From: a virus
DNA length: 64,000 nt
Reading direction: 5' to 3' (one strand)
IMG/VR virus record: IMGVR_UViG_3300044856_000216
Coordinates: 127,916 to 191,915 of that record
The notes beneath the pieces are model-generated. The model was given only the letters and a program-made list of their open reading frames with translations, had not been told where the DNA came from and searched no databases. Shown piece after piece: positions 8,976 through 19,533 of the stretch. Position numbers and translations under genes: made by a program. Each line of letters begins with the position of its first letter. Positions within the stretch are counted from its first letter, which is position 1.

Positions 8976-10652
8976 ATGGACGAACAAAAAATAGAAAACT
9001 CCTCTTCTACTGTTTCTCCACCCAAGAGAAAACGTGGAAGACCACCTAAAAATAAAAATGTAAATTCTACTTCTAATTCTTCTCAGAAAAAATCATATGA
9101 AATAGAATCTAAACCAACAGAAATATTGGTAAAAAATAATGATAAAAAAAAAGAAAATTTCTCATCTCGTCCTCGAATGATTAATTACGAAGAAGCAAAA
9201 CAGTTACTTCTTCAGGATGTGAAAAAATCAACATCTCGCTCATTTACTCAGTATACAAAATCCCTTGTAAAACAGTATATGCAAAATCCACAAACTAATA
9301 AAGATCGTATTCGTGGATTATCACAGTATCTTTTCAGAGCGAGTACTTTGTATCGTAAAATTATTCTCTATTATGCGTGTATGCCTTTGTATAACTATTA
9401 TGTAATAGAAAAAATAGATTTAACTAAAACATACAATGCCAACAAATCTATGAAAAATTACAACAATATCATACAAAAATTACAACAGATAAATTTTAAG
9501 AACGAATTTGCTCAGATGATTGCATTAGCGATATTAAATGGTGCTTATTATGGTTTTGTATATGATACAGGAGATGGTCTATTCTTTCATTCGTTAGATC
9601 CTCAATATTGCAAAATAAAAGGTAAAGATGGTAATGGAAACTGGATTATAGCATTTGATATGTCATTTTTTTCACAGGGTTCAAATTCAGAATTTGTAGA
9701 AGGTGTCAATGGTGATACTACAGGTTGTTGGGATGAAATTTTTCAACAAGCTTGGCAAGAGTACCAATCTGACAAGCAAAATAAACGTTATGCAATTCTT
9801 CCGACTGAAAGAACTATGTGTTTATTGGCGAGTCTTGATGACGAATTTGATTTATGCTTGCCGTTTTTCTTAGGTATTTTTCTACTTCTTATGGATTGTG
9901 AAGATTATGCAGATATTATGGCTGATAAAACGGCTCTTGAAAATTATAAATTGTTAGTCAGTAAAATTCCATTTATGGACGGAAAAGATGCTGCAATTGA
10001 TGATTTTAAACTTTCTCTCGAATTAAGTGAAGTTTTTCAAGATATGATTGATGCAATTTTACCATCAAATATTGGTTCAGTAAGATCTCCTATGGATTTG
10101 GAAGTTGTTGATTTTGAGAAGTCAAATACTACTTCTGATACTGATATGTTGTCAAAATCTATTGAAAATGTCTTTAACAATGCGGGTGCTTCACAATTAG
10201 TTGTTGCAGGTGGATCAAGTTCCAACTCTATCGGACTTAAACAGGCAATTGCAAACGATGCTTCTCTAACATTTACATGGGTTTCACGTCTTGAAAATAA
10301 TTTTAATTATTGGCTAACACAAAATGGATACAATGGATATATGTTCTTCTTTCATAGGCAGACTTGGTATAACAGAGATGATTATATTAATGAATTAAAA
10401 GAGTCTGCAACATTAGGTAATAATCCTTTACTTTATCTTACTGCTCTTGGTCAAACTCCTTATGAAGTTGAATGTGGACTTAGAATGTCTATACAAAGTG
10501 GTATAAGGGATATGTTAGTACCGTTAAAAACAACCTATACCGATTCTGGTAATACTGGTGGTTCACCTACTAAAAGCGATGATGATTTAAGTTCAGAGGG
10601 TGTTGCTAGTCGTGAAGGTGAAAAAAACGAAGGAACTAAAGCAAATGGATAA
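8976..10652 (+). CDS. portal protein candidate with a basic N-terminal extension
   Basis: 558 aa, immediately after terL, with an AGGAG SD. The N-terminus contains KRKRGRPPKNK. Confidence 0.65.
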   Translation: MDEQKIENSSSTVSPPKRKRGRPPKNKNVNSTSNSSQKKSYEIESKPTEILVKNNDKKKENFSSRPRMINYEEAKQLLLQDVKKSTSRSFTQYTKSLVKQYMQNPQTNKDRIRGLSQYLFRASTLYRKIILYYACMPLYNYYVIEKIDLTKTYNANKSMKNYNNIIQKLQQINFKNEFAQMIALAILNGAYYGFVYDTGDGLFFHSLDPQYCKIKGKDGNGNWIIAFDMSFFSQGSNSEFVEGVNGDTTGCWDEIFQQAWQEYQSDKQNKRYAILPTERTMCLLASLDDEFDLCLPFFLGIFLLLMDCEDYADIMADKTALENYKLLVSKIPFMDGKDAAIDDFKLSLELSEVFQDMIDAILPSNIGSVRSPMDLEVVDFEKSNTTSDTDMLSKSIENVFNNAGASQLVVAGGSSSNSIGLKQAIANDASLTFTWVSRLENNFNYWLTQNGYNGYMFFFHRQTWYNRDDYINELKESATLGNNPLLYLTALGQTPYEVECGLRMSIQSGIRDMLVPLKTTYTDSGNTGGSPTKSDDDLSSEGVASREGEKNEGTKANG

Positions 10653-10667
10653 TTAAGGAGAAAAAGG

Positions 10668-10850
10668 ATGAAGCAGAATTTTATAAAGACATCGGATTCT
10701 GAAACAGCTTCTAAGATGATAAATCTTGGTTTTCAGAAAATTGATGAACAAAATGGTATTTATACTTTTTTGAATACTGGAACAATTCAGTTTTCAAATG
10801 ATGATATAGATAAAAAGAAAATTCAGTACAGTAATATGCTGAGTATTTAG
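10668..10850 (+). CDS. small hypothetical protein (60 aa)
   Basis: AAGGAG SD upstream and a hairpin downstream. Confidence 0.5.
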   Translation: MKQNFIKTSDSETASKMINLGFQKIDEQNGIYTFLNTGTIQFSNDDIDKKKIQYSNMLSI

Positions 10851-10872
10851 CCACTCTCTTATTGGGAGTGGC
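10850..10872 (+). terminator. hairpin (weak terminator)
   Basis: GCCACTC / GAGTGGC 7-bp stem. The downstream T tract is poor. Confidence 0.4.
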
Positions 10873-10900
10873 ATTTATTATACCAAGAAAGGAGGAAGAA

Positions 10901-12598
10901 ATGCAACATAAATATTTTACAGTAGAAGATTTAATTAGATTCTGTGAACAAAAGAAAATGTATAATTTTTCTTCAAAAGAATCTGGCAAACCTATTGTTA
11001 TACAGGCAATTCAAGACTTCTCTTCTGCCGATGTTGAAGAAACGTCAGATAATAAGTTATATGCAAAAGTACGTGTGTGTCACACATTACTTAATCGTAA
11101 CGGAAGTTATATATCAGAAGATTCTATGAAAGCGGCTATGCCTAGTCTTAAATATTCTCCATTGCTTGCAAATATACATCAGTTAGATGATGGAACATGG
11201 GATTTCCATTCACATGATTATCACATTGAAAAAGATGAAAATGGTAATGAGACGATTGTATATGATGAAAAACAGGTAGGAACTTTTACAGCAGATGAAC
11301 CCTATCTCGAATATGACAAAGATATGGATAAAACATATGTTGTTGCTCGTGTAGCTATTCCTGAATCGTACACTCGTTGTGCTGATATTATTCGTGAGAA
11401 AAATGGTACGAAGGTAAGTTGTGAACTTATTGTCTATGAGTGTTCTTATAATGCAAAAGAAAAATATCTTCAGTTAGAAGATTTTGAATTTGCAGGCTGC
11501 ACTTGCCTTGGTTCTGAAAAAGATGGGACGCCTATTGGTGAAGGAATGCTTGGGAGTAAGATAACTCTTGAAGATTTCAGTGAAGAAAATAACAGCTTAA
11601 TTAAATTTAATAAAAAAATGGTTGAACTACAAGCAAGGCTTGAAAAACTTGAGACTGCTTGTTTTGACAATAAAGAAAATAATTCTAAGGAAGGAGGAAA
11701 CGAAAACTTGAATAAATTTGAAGAATTATGTCAGAAGTATGGAAAGACAGTTGATGATATCACATTTGATTATAAGAATATGTCCGATAATGAATTAGTC
11801 GAAGCGTTTGCAAAAGCATTCGATGAAACCGATTCTACTGATGATGGAAGTGAGGGTGTTGATACTCCTTCTGGCAGTGAAACAATTGCTGATGAAAATG
11901 AAGAAGGTGAAAATAATCCTAGTGAATCCAATTCAGATGAGAGTAAAAAAAGTGAAGCTACAGAAGACGAATCAAAGAAGAAAGTTAATAATGCGTTAAC
12001 AAGAACTTTTGAAATAAGTCATGAAGATATTCGTTATGCTCTTTATAATCTTTTATCTTCATATGAAGAGGCAGATAATGAATGGTATTACATTACTGGG
12101 GTATTTGATTCATATTTTGTATATGAAAGTTGGGATGGTGGAAAAATCTACGGTCAAAAATATACAAAAGATAATAATACAGTTTCATATGATGGAGAGA
12201 GATACACATTACATAAAACATATCTTACAGATTCCGAATATGCAGAACTTGAGTCTATGCGTTCAAATTATACAGAGCTTAAAGAATTCAAGGAAAATGT
12301 AGAAAAGAATGAACTTCATTCTAAGAAAGAATCTTTGCTCGCAGATGAAAAATATTCTGTTTTATCAGAAAATGAAGCATTTATAGAATTAAAGAAAAAC
12401 ATGGATAATTATTCTCTTGATGATTTAGAGACAAAGGCAAAAGTTATTTTTGCTGATTATGTATCATCTATTGGATCATTTTCTGCCAAACCTGAAGCTT
12501 CAAAAAATCCAGTTCTATTTATGTCCAATTCTAATTCAGAAAAGGAATCCAAAAAGAAAGCACCTTATGGTGGGATTTTTGAGAAATATAACAACTAA
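10901..12598 (+). CDS. prohead protease / scaffold-like fusion candidate
   Basis: ATG at 10901 follows AAGGAGGAAGAA. It lies between portal and capsid. The N-terminal domain (LNRNGSYISEDSMKAAMPSLKYSPLLANIH) resembles prohead proteases. The C-terminal half is acidic and coiled-coil. Confidence 0.45.
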   Translation: MQHKYFTVEDLIRFCEQKKMYNFSSKESGKPIVIQAIQDFSSADVEETSDNKLYAKVRVCHTLLNRNGSYISEDSMKAAMPSLKYSPLLANIHQLDDGTWDFHSHDYHIEKDENGNETIVYDEKQVGTFTADEPYLEYDKDMDKTYVVARVAIPESYTRCADIIREKNGTKVSCELIVYECSYNAKEKYLQLEDFEFAGCTCLGSEKDGTPIGEGMLGSKITLEDFSEENNSLIKFNKKMVELQARLEKLETACFDNKENNSKEGGNENLNKFEELCQKYGKTVDDITFDYKNMSDNELVEAFAKAFDETDSTDDGSEGVDTPSGSETIADENEEGENNPSESNSDESKKSEATEDESKKKVNNALTRTFEISHEDIRYALYNLLSSYEEADNEWYYITGVFDSYFVYESWDGGKIYGQKYTKDNNTVSYDGERYTLHKTYLTDSEYAELESMRSNYTELKEFKENVEKNELHSKKESLLADEKYSVLSENEAFIELKKNMDNYSLDDLETKAKVIFADYVSSIGSFSAKPEASKNPVLFMSNSNSEKESKKKAPYGGIFEKYNN

Positions 12599-12618
12599 AA
12601 ATTTAAAAATAATTTATT

Positions 12619-12645
12619 AGATCGACTTTATGTCGGTCTTTTTTA
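12619..12645 (+). terminator. rho-independent terminator
   Basis: AGATCGAC / GTCGGTCT stem followed by TTTTTT. Confidence 0.65.
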
Positions 12646-12671
12646 TTGCAAAAAATAAGGAGGATTTATTA

Positions 12672-13181
12672 ATGGTAAACGCATATTTAAAAGCCGTAGA
12701 AAAGCACATTGTTGCAGAATCAACAAATCTTAGTGCAACAAATTATGGCAGACATATTTTTAATGTAAAAGCTTCTGAAGATATCGACAATGGAAAAGTC
12801 GTAGATATCGACAAGATGAAGTATGAGAAAAATGAATATTACACAATGGTTGAGCCTACTGCTACTTCTCGTGTAGGTTTAATTCTTTCAGTTGCAGTCG
12901 GTGCAGATGAAAAGCCTTTAGCTGCTACTCATGAATACAACTTCTATAACGGCAAGGATGAAATTATGAGGGTATATGAACTTGCAGCAGGTGATAGATT
13001 TACTATTTCCGCAAATGGTATCTCTGGAACTCCAAAGGTAGGTTCTGTAATTGAGGCAGAGGGTTACAACTTAAAGGTTGTTGAAGGAGAGTCTACTGCA
13101 ACATTTAATGCTGAAATCATTGAAGAAATTAAGCGCACAGGTGGAACATTTTACAAAGTTATTGTTCGTAAGAATGGCTAA
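12672..13181 (+). CDS. head-module protein (decoration or scaffold candidate), 169 aa
   Basis: ATG at 12672 follows TAAGGAGGA. The tracked start at 12630 lies inside the terminator. Position is just upstream of the capsid gene. Confidence 0.5.
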   Translation: MVNAYLKAVEKHIVAESTNLSATNYGRHIFNVKASEDIDNGKVVDIDKMKYEKNEYYTMVEPTATSRVGLILSVAVGADEKPLAATHEYNFYNGKDEIMRVYELAAGDRFTISANGISGTPKVGSVIEAEGYNLKVVEGESTATFNAEIIEEIKRTGGTFYKVIVRKNG

Positions 13182-13203
13182 TTAAATAAGGAGGACATAC
13201 ATA

Positions 13204-14310
13204 ATGAAGAAGAATTTCTTAAATTTCAGTGCTGATATTAAGAGTGCATTTGAAAATGATGAAACAAAATATATGGGATTTTCACAGCTTTTAAAAGATT
13301 ATGCCAAGGGTGAATTTGAGTCAGGTATTTCGAAAGCTGACGCAGACAAGGAAATCAAGGAAACTTTTAGACTTATCATGGGTCTTGATGAAAAGGCTTC
13401 TGCAAAAGAAATCCGAAATGCGATTAGACGTAATAAAAATGAGATTTTTGAGGTTATTGAAGATACAATTGAAGATCTTTTAACTTCTGGTTGGCAGGAT
13501 AACGAATTCTTTAATGATTTTGTTGAAACAAAAAATCTTGCAATGGATGATACAAATGAATTTGAATCAGAGGACAAAACTGTATTAACAGTTGGTAAGC
13601 TTTCTGGTAATCATTGGGATCTTGATCGTCAGAGACTTGGTATTAATGAGACATTCCGTGTCCCTACATACTGGGTTGGACTTTCTGTATACGAGGAGTT
13701 TGAGCGTGTTATGACGGGTCGTTCAGATTGGTCAAAACTTGTAAATAAGATTTATGAGGCTATGGATCAGTATGTTCAGAGTCTTGTTTATAAGGCAGTG
13801 ATCTCTGCTGGTACACAGGTTCTCCCTGGTTCAGAGCAGTTTTATAAGACAGCAGCTCTTGATAAAGCAGCTAAGACAACTTTCGTAACAATGATTGAGG
13901 ATGTTCAGGCAGCTAACCGTGGTGCAGAAGTTGTTATCATGGGTACAAAGACAGCTCTCTCAAGACTTTTTGACCTTGCAGATGTATCTTGGATTAGTGA
14001 GGATGACAAGAAGGATCGTAGAAATCTTGGTCGCCTTGGTATCTGGGAAGGAACTCGTGTAGTAGAAATTCCACAGGTATTCGCAAAGAATGATACTTCT
14101 ACAAAGATGGTAGATTCTAATGTACTTTTAATCATGCCTATAGCAGATAATAAGTTTATTAAGCTTGTATACGAGGGTGATTCTCAGATAAAAGAGGTAA
14201 ATGATTCTACTGAAAAGAATGATATGACATATGAGTTTAAGTATATGACAAAACTTGGAGTAGGTACTATAGTAAATAGATACTTTGGTACATGGAATAT
14301 TGTAGCCTAA
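13204..14310 (+). CDS. major capsid protein candidate
   Basis: 368 aa with an AAGGAGG SD. It follows the protease/scaffold gene and has a strong terminator directly downstream. Confidence 0.6.
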   Translation: MKKNFLNFSADIKSAFENDETKYMGFSQLLKDYAKGEFESGISKADADKEIKETFRLIMGLDEKASAKEIRNAIRRNKNEIFEVIEDTIEDLLTSGWQDNEFFNDFVETKNLAMDDTNEFESEDKTVLTVGKLSGNHWDLDRQRLGINETFRVPTYWVGLSVYEEFERVMTGRSDWSKLVNKIYEAMDQYVQSLVYKAVISAGTQVLPGSEQFYKTAALDKAAKTTFVTMIEDVQAANRGAEVVIMGTKTALSRLFDLADVSWISEDDKKDRRNLGRLGIWEGTRVVEIPQVFAKNDTSTKMVDSNVLLIMPIADNKFIKLVYEGDSQIKEVNDSTEKNDMTYEFKYMTKLGVGTIVNRYFGTWNIVA

Positions 14311-14321
14311 TATTGGCTTTT

Positions 14322-14360
14322 AAAACGAGAGTTTATATTTTATAGACTCTCGTTTTATTT
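14322..14360 (+). terminator. rho-independent terminator
   Basis: AAAACGAGAGT / ACTCTCGTTTT 11-bp stem followed by a T-rich tail. Confidence 0.8.
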
Positions 14361-14385
14361 AGATTGGAAAGAAAGGAATTTATAT

Positions 14386-14931
14386 ATGGCAGTAACTAAG
14401 AAAGCAACTACAAAGGCAACTACTTCTACTGTTACAGAAACTGAAGTAAAAACAACTAAACCAAAAACATTTTCTCAGACAGATACAATTTTATGTAGGT
14501 CTGTAACCCCAGGTTGGCTGGGAGTTCCAGGAAAATCAGGAATGTATTATGTTTTTGCCAATTATGGAGATGAAACAGAAATAGAATATGGAGATCTTTT
14601 TGCATTAAAAAATAGTCATTCAAGATATATTTATGATCCTTTATTTGTCATTGAAGATGAGGAACTTTTAGAAAATCCTCGTTGGAAAGATATATCTGAA
14701 TTTTATTCAGATAAAGTTTATGGAATGGATGATATTAATAATGTATTAAATAAACCTAATAATGCTTTTAAAAATACACTTACAACACTTCCAAAAGGCT
14801 TATTAAAAGCAATTACTGTAGAGGTTGCAAAGCGTATTGAAGATGGTACTTTTGATTCTATTAGAAAAATCAAAGCTCTTGATGAAGTCTGTGGTACAGA
14901 TTTCGGAAAAATGATTAATACGGCTGATTAA
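14386..14931 (+). CDS. virion-module protein, function unknown
   Basis: 181-aa ORF with an SD. The N-terminus is Thr/Lys-rich. Confidence 0.5.
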   Translation: MAVTKKATTKATTSTVTETEVKTTKPKTFSQTDTILCRSVTPGWLGVPGKSGMYYVFANYGDETEIEYGDLFALKNSHSRYIYDPLFVIEDEELLENPRWKDISEFYSDKVYGMDDINNVLNKPNNAFKNTLTTLPKGLLKAITVEVAKRIEDGTFDSIRKIKALDEVCGTDFGKMINTAD

Positions 14932-14945
14932 AAAGGAGGTAATAT

Positions 14946-15404
14946 ATGCCTTCTCTTAAATACGAAGATATATACAAAAGAGCATTAACAATGATTAATG
15001 ACCTTGAACTTGCAACTTATACAGAGGAAGATTTCTATAGTATTCTCTGTGAATGGTTGCATACAACTGCTTCTTTCCCACTTCTTAGAAAAAAATTTAG
15101 TGTATATTCTTTTGATGATGAAATTATGAGTATCAATTTCACATTAACAAACAGTGTAGATGATTTCTATGATTCTGAATTTGTAAAAACTATTTTAGCA
15201 AAAGGAATTATCATTAGTTATTTCCCATCAAAATTAGAGAATACAAAGAACTTAGCAACTATGATTGGTGGCAAGGAAGAAAAAAAACTTATAGATAATT
15301 ATTCAAAAAATATGGAAAGGCTCACACAGTTAAAGCGTGAATGGGAACTTGAATTGTCTCGTCATACCTATTATTTTGGTGAGTATGGTGGTTCTAATGG
15401 ATAA
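14946..15404 (+). CDS. head-tail connector candidate
   Basis: 152 aa with an AAGGAGG SD. Assigned by position in the neck module only. Confidence 0.4.
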   Translation: MPSLKYEDIYKRALTMINDLELATYTEEDFYSILCEWLHTTASFPLLRKKFSVYSFDDEIMSINFTLTNSVDDFYDSEFVKTILAKGIIISYFPSKLENTKNLATMIGGKEEKKLIDNYSKNMERLTQLKREWELELSRHTYYFGEYGGSNG

Positions 15405-15744
15405 ATTAGTTCCACATAAATATGGAGAATTTAAAATTTCTCAAGTTAATTACTATAAGCAGAAATTACGAAAAAAAATATTCTGGTTAGTTTTATATAC
15501 AGATAAAAACACAAAAGCTGATTTTGAAAATATAGATGTTGTGGAATATCATAAAAATCTATTATTTGAAATTTCTAATTGTAATAAACTACTACTCTAT
15601 CCAAAGGATTTTGTAGAAATTATTAACAGTCTTGAATGTGCATTGTCTGTATTACAGTCAGAAGAATTTAATTTTAACAAATATAAGAAACTTGTGTTTG
15701 ATGCTGGGGCTTTGCTTCAGAGAATGAAAGTTGGTGATGAGTAA
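15397..15744 (+). CDS. neck-module protein, function unknown
   Basis: ATG at 15397 overlaps the upstream stop (ATGGATAA coupling). The tracked start at 15337 is less likely. Confidence 0.45.
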   Translation: MDKLVPHKYGEFKISQVNYYKQKLRKKIFWLVLYTDKNTKADFENIDVVEYHKNLLFEISNCNKLLLYPKDFVEIINSLECALSVLQSEEFNFNKYKKLVFDAGALLQRMKVGDE

Positions 15745-17042
15745 TGTCTGCATATGATTTTTACCAACGAAAAATGAAAGTTAATGGAAACTCTACTGGG
15801 AAGAATTGTTCCACCCTTGGCGAAAAATTAAAATCTGATTCAGATAAAATCATGGAACTTACGTGGAACAACGATATCCAGAGTAAAATCTGTTATATAT
15901 ACGACTTCTATCATGATGATCAGCCACGGTTAGCTCAAGGCATGACGTATGAAAACACAACTAAAACACGCATAGATGCAAAGTTTATTGTTAAATCATA
16001 TCAGTCAATGGATAAAGACCAAGTTGAATATTATATTCAATTTAAACCAACACAGAAAACACATTTTTCTGAAGGCGACGAACTTTACTATTTTGAAACT
16101 GATTATCGTAAAAAATATCATAATGATAATTTTATCGGTTTATTCATTGATATACCAAATGATGAAAATATCTATGAAAAATGGATGATTCTTCGTACTG
16201 AACCAGCAAATCAATTCCCAAAGTATTTAATTCTTAAATGCAATTATGAATTGATGTGGATTGAGAATAATGGTGTAGAAAAAATCAAGCGTAGAATGTG
16301 GTCTGTTTTAAAAATGCAGAGCAGCTACAACAGCGGGCTTTGGACTGATTTGCGATTTACTTCGCAGGAAAACCAAGATAAAGTATGGCTACCATTAAAT
16401 CCAATCACTGAAAAGATTTGGTATACAAATGAATCATCAAAGAATATGCGTGTGCTTGTTAGTTCTTTTACTGACAATGCAATAGCATGGCAGATTAGTA
16501 AGGTTGAAAATGCTCAACCACTTGGGGTTCAGAAATTAACTCTATATCAAGATTTCTTTGATCAACACAGAGATTATATCGAAAAAGATTCTGACGGAAA
16601 TATTATTGGTATGTGGGCAGACTATTTCGATTCAGAAATTGCCCCAACAGATCCAAATACAAAACCAACTCCATCCCCAGTTACAAATATCTTGGCTACG
16701 ATTACTTCATCAGTGTCAACAATTAAAGTTGGTGGCTCTTATCGAACACTTAATATCAAACTCTCAAATGATTCTGGTGAAGATGTTACTAATACATTTG
16801 ATGATAAAAAATCAAATTTCGAATGGCATTTTGAAATAGACAATGAGGAATATAAAGGTATTATCAGAAATGATATTTCTTTCTGTCAGATGAAAATAAA
16901 GCTTCCTGATGATTATGAACAAGATAATCAGAAGAAGGATAATTATGATTATGTTGGTAAAGTTCTGACTATTTATTGCACTATTGCAAATGAAACTATT
17001 ACAATTGAAAGTAATAAGTTACAATTAGAAATAACAGATTAA
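15744..17042 (+). CDS. virion structural protein, function unknown (432 aa)
   Basis: TAATG overlap with the upstream gene. Confidence 0.5.
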   Translation: MSAYDFYQRKMKVNGNSTGKNCSTLGEKLKSDSDKIMELTWNNDIQSKICYIYDFYHDDQPRLAQGMTYENTTKTRIDAKFIVKSYQSMDKDQVEYYIQFKPTQKTHFSEGDELYYFETDYRKKYHNDNFIGLFIDIPNDENIYEKWMILRTEPANQFPKYLILKCNYELMWIENNGVEKIKRRMWSVLKMQSSYNSGLWTDLRFTSQENQDKVWLPLNPITEKIWYTNESSKNMRVLVSSFTDNAIAWQISKVENAQPLGVQKLTLYQDFFDQHRDYIEKDSDGNIIGMWADYFDSEIAPTDPNTKPTPSPVTNILATITSSVSTIKVGGSYRTLNIKLSNDSGEDVTNTFDDKKSNFEWHFEIDNEEYKGIIRNDISFCQMKIKLPDDYEQDNQKKDNYDYVGKVLTIYCTIANETITIESNKLQLEITD

Positions 17043-17051
17043 GGAGGCGAT

Positions 17052-17711
17052 ATGATAGAAGATAAAATAGTATCTAAAACTGATTTGCTAAATAAACTTC
17101 GAGCATATAGAAAAACTCCTGATGACGATAATATTGTTTACAAACAAAAAATTAAAAAGGCATTATTGTCGAATCCTTATCTGTTGTATGCTCTTAATGA
17201 AAAAGATTTAGAATCCGAACTTTTTAATGATAAGGGAAATATAAATTGGGAATGGGATGAAAAAAATAAAAAATATGAACCGCTTGGAGAATGGGATAGA
17301 TATTTTGGAAGCAATTCAAATATCCGTCCTTTTTTATTTATTCCAGATACTCAAACGGGAGTAAAACATTATATATGTTATCAAGTTGGTTTTGATGAAA
17401 TTCCAAGATATTCTCAAATAAATAAAAATACAGAAATAACATTCACAATATTTGTTCATGGAAATGACCGTATGGATAAACTTACAGGCTTACCTCGTCA
17501 TGATTTAATAGCTTCTATTATACGAGAACAATTTAATTGGTCTAATATCTTTGGATTACAGACAAAATTAATCTCATCTAAAGAATCTATGACAGATAAT
17601 AACTATGTAGTAAGAACATTGGTATTTCAGATTTACTATGATATTAATGGAATTACATATAGCCCGTTTGATGAGCAATCGTACATAAGGAACAACGAAT
17701 CTTGGCAATAG
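17052..17711 (+). CDS. virion structural protein, function unknown
   Basis: AAGGAGG SD. 219 aa. Confidence 0.5.
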   Translation: MIEDKIVSKTDLLNKLRAYRKTPDDDNIVYKQKIKKALLSNPYLLYALNEKDLESELFNDKGNINWEWDEKNKKYEPLGEWDRYFGSNSNIRPFLFIPDTQTGVKHYICYQVGFDEIPRYSQINKNTEITFTIFVHGNDRMDKLTGLPRHDLIASIIREQFNWSNIFGLQTKLISSKESMTDNNYVVRTLVFQIYYDINGITYSPFDEQSYIRNNESWQ

Positions 17712-18634
17712 GCAAGGAAGAACACTATGAGAATGATGAACTAAAGATATATCGTGGTGAAGATTTTATAGTTCAAAAACATATTATCTTACATCAACCT
17801 ACATTGGGTGAAATATGTGATTTTTCAGAGAAAGATTATTATTCAATGTTGTATAACTTTACAGCTACGCCACAATCTTTAAAGGTGCAATTATGGGAAG
17901 GTGGAATAGATTATACTGAAATACAACCATTTCAATTATTCTATACACTGCTCTATAAAGCATTCCCAATTAAAAAAACTTCTATTATATTTGGAGATTT
18001 AGATTTTTCTAAATTTCAGGTTCGACAAAAAGAAGATGATGATTCAATTTTTTTGTATCAAGCAATTCCTACAGGGAATATCTATGAATTAATTGGTAGT
18101 AATATAAAGGGCAAAAAGTTACATCATTTTACAAGTTTAATTGATGCTGCAAAATTCGTTAATACAGATGAAGATACTTTAATAAATCAATTATCAGAAG
18201 ATAATAGATTCGGCAATTATATCTTCGATGAGGTATCTTTAGAACCAGTAATAATAGATGAATTTACCTATAATATGATAATTGATTATCTTTGCAAAAC
18301 ACATTTCATTGAAAGAGATTTTAGAATTCCAGCTAATAATTCTACTAAAATGGTATTAATAGAAGATGCAAAAGAAGAAATGGAACGAGCAAAAAATAAA
18401 GAATATCATTCTCAATTAAAAAATATGATATCCGCTATGATCAACTCAGAAGGATTTAAATATAATCATGAACAAGTTTGGAATATGAAAATTAATGCGT
18501 TTATGGATTCTGTAAAACGTATAGGAAAAATTAAAAATGCACAATTATTGTTGCAATCTGGCTATTCTGGTTTCGGAATAAGCTTTGATGATATAGACAA
18601 AAAACAAATAGATTGGCTTGGAGAACTCGATTAG
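17702..18634 (+). CDS. virion-module protein, function unknown
   Basis: TTG start overlaps the upstream gene. No in-frame ATG nearby. 310 aa. Confidence 0.45.
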   Translation: MAIGKEEHYENDELKIYRGEDFIVQKHIILHQPTLGEICDFSEKDYYSMLYNFTATPQSLKVQLWEGGIDYTEIQPFQLFYTLLYKAFPIKKTSIIFGDLDFSKFQVRQKEDDDSIFLYQAIPTGNIYELIGSNIKGKKLHHFTSLIDAAKFVNTDEDTLINQLSEDNRFGNYIFDEVSLEPVIIDEFTYNMIIDYLCKTHFIERDFRIPANNSTKMVLIEDAKEEMERAKNKEYHSQLKNMISAMINSEGFKYNHEQVWNMKINAFMDSVKRIGKIKNAQLLLQSGYSGFGISFDDIDKKQIDWLGELD

Positions 18635-18646
18635 AGTTCTTTTTTA
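18622..18646 (+). terminator. rho-independent terminator
   Basis: AGAACTC / GAGTTCT stem spanning the stop codon, followed by TTTTTT. Confidence 0.65.
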
Positions 18647-18676
18647 TTGCCACAAAATTATTAAGGAGGAATAAAA

Positions 18677-19477
18677 ATGGCTAACTTTAACCCAAATGAA
18701 TTAATTCTTGAGAAAATTAGAGCCGTAGAGGAATATGATCCTGCTACAATGGAGCTTACTGGTAGATATACACAGGTCGAAGATCCATCTCTTAAAACAA
18801 GTGCCGATGGTACAGATGTTACTGATGCGATGGGTACACCAATCCAGACATTCTATCAGGCACAGAAAGGTACATTTGATTTCACTAACTCACTCTTCTC
18901 TCTTGACCTTGCTGCTTCACAGTTTGGTTCAACAAAGGCTGTAGCTTCTGATACAAATAAGATTAAGATGCCTGTATCTGAGACAATTGCAATTGTAGCT
19001 GGTGCAACTGTAGAGCTTAAATATGTTCCAGTTGGTACAAAGGGTGCAGAGGTTAAGTATGTTAAGGTTATTAATGATAATAACACATTCGGTAAGACAT
19101 ATACTGTATCTGCTACAAAGGGTGAAGACAAGTTCACTATTGATGCAGCTAACAGAACAATTACTCTTCCAGAGGGAACAACTGGTCGTGTATTTGTAAA
19201 CTATGAGAAGGAGACAGCTACAGCAGTTCAGGTAATTAAGAGAACTGATGGTGTACCAGAGGTTAAGACACTTCTCATTCATGCAATTTTCCACGATCCA
19301 TGTAATAAGAACCTTGTATATGCTGGTGTTATCCGTTGTCCAAGAGCACAGATTGATCCATCAAGTGTAGAGCTTTCTCTTAAGTCTGATGGTAAGCATC
19401 CAGCTTCTTATGTTCTTAATAAGGAGTACTGTGCTGAGGATGGTAAGCTTTTCGATATCTTAGTATCTGAGGACTAA
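18677..19477 (+). CDS. major tail (tube) protein candidate
   Basis: 266 aa with an AAGGAGG SD. It is bracketed by terminators, which suggests high expression, and lies after the neck genes. Confidence 0.45.
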   Translation: MANFNPNELILEKIRAVEEYDPATMELTGRYTQVEDPSLKTSADGTDVTDAMGTPIQTFYQAQKGTFDFTNSLFSLDLAASQFGSTKAVASDTNKIKMPVSETIAIVAGATVELKYVPVGTKGAEVKYVKVINDNNTFGKTYTVSATKGEDKFTIDAANRTITLPEGTTGRVFVNYEKETATAVQVIKRTDGVPEVKTLLIHAIFHDPCNKNLVYAGVIRCPRAQIDPSSVELSLKSDGKHPASYVLNKEYCAEDGKLFDILVSED

Positions 19478-19488
19478 TTTAAAAAATA

Positions 19489-19517
19489 AGAGTGGTTGAA
19501 ATATACCACTCTTTTTA
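19489..19517 (+). terminator. rho-independent terminator
   Basis: AGAGTGG / CCACTCT stem followed by TTTT. Confidence 0.7.
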
Positions 19518-19533
19518 TGAAAGGAATTATTAT

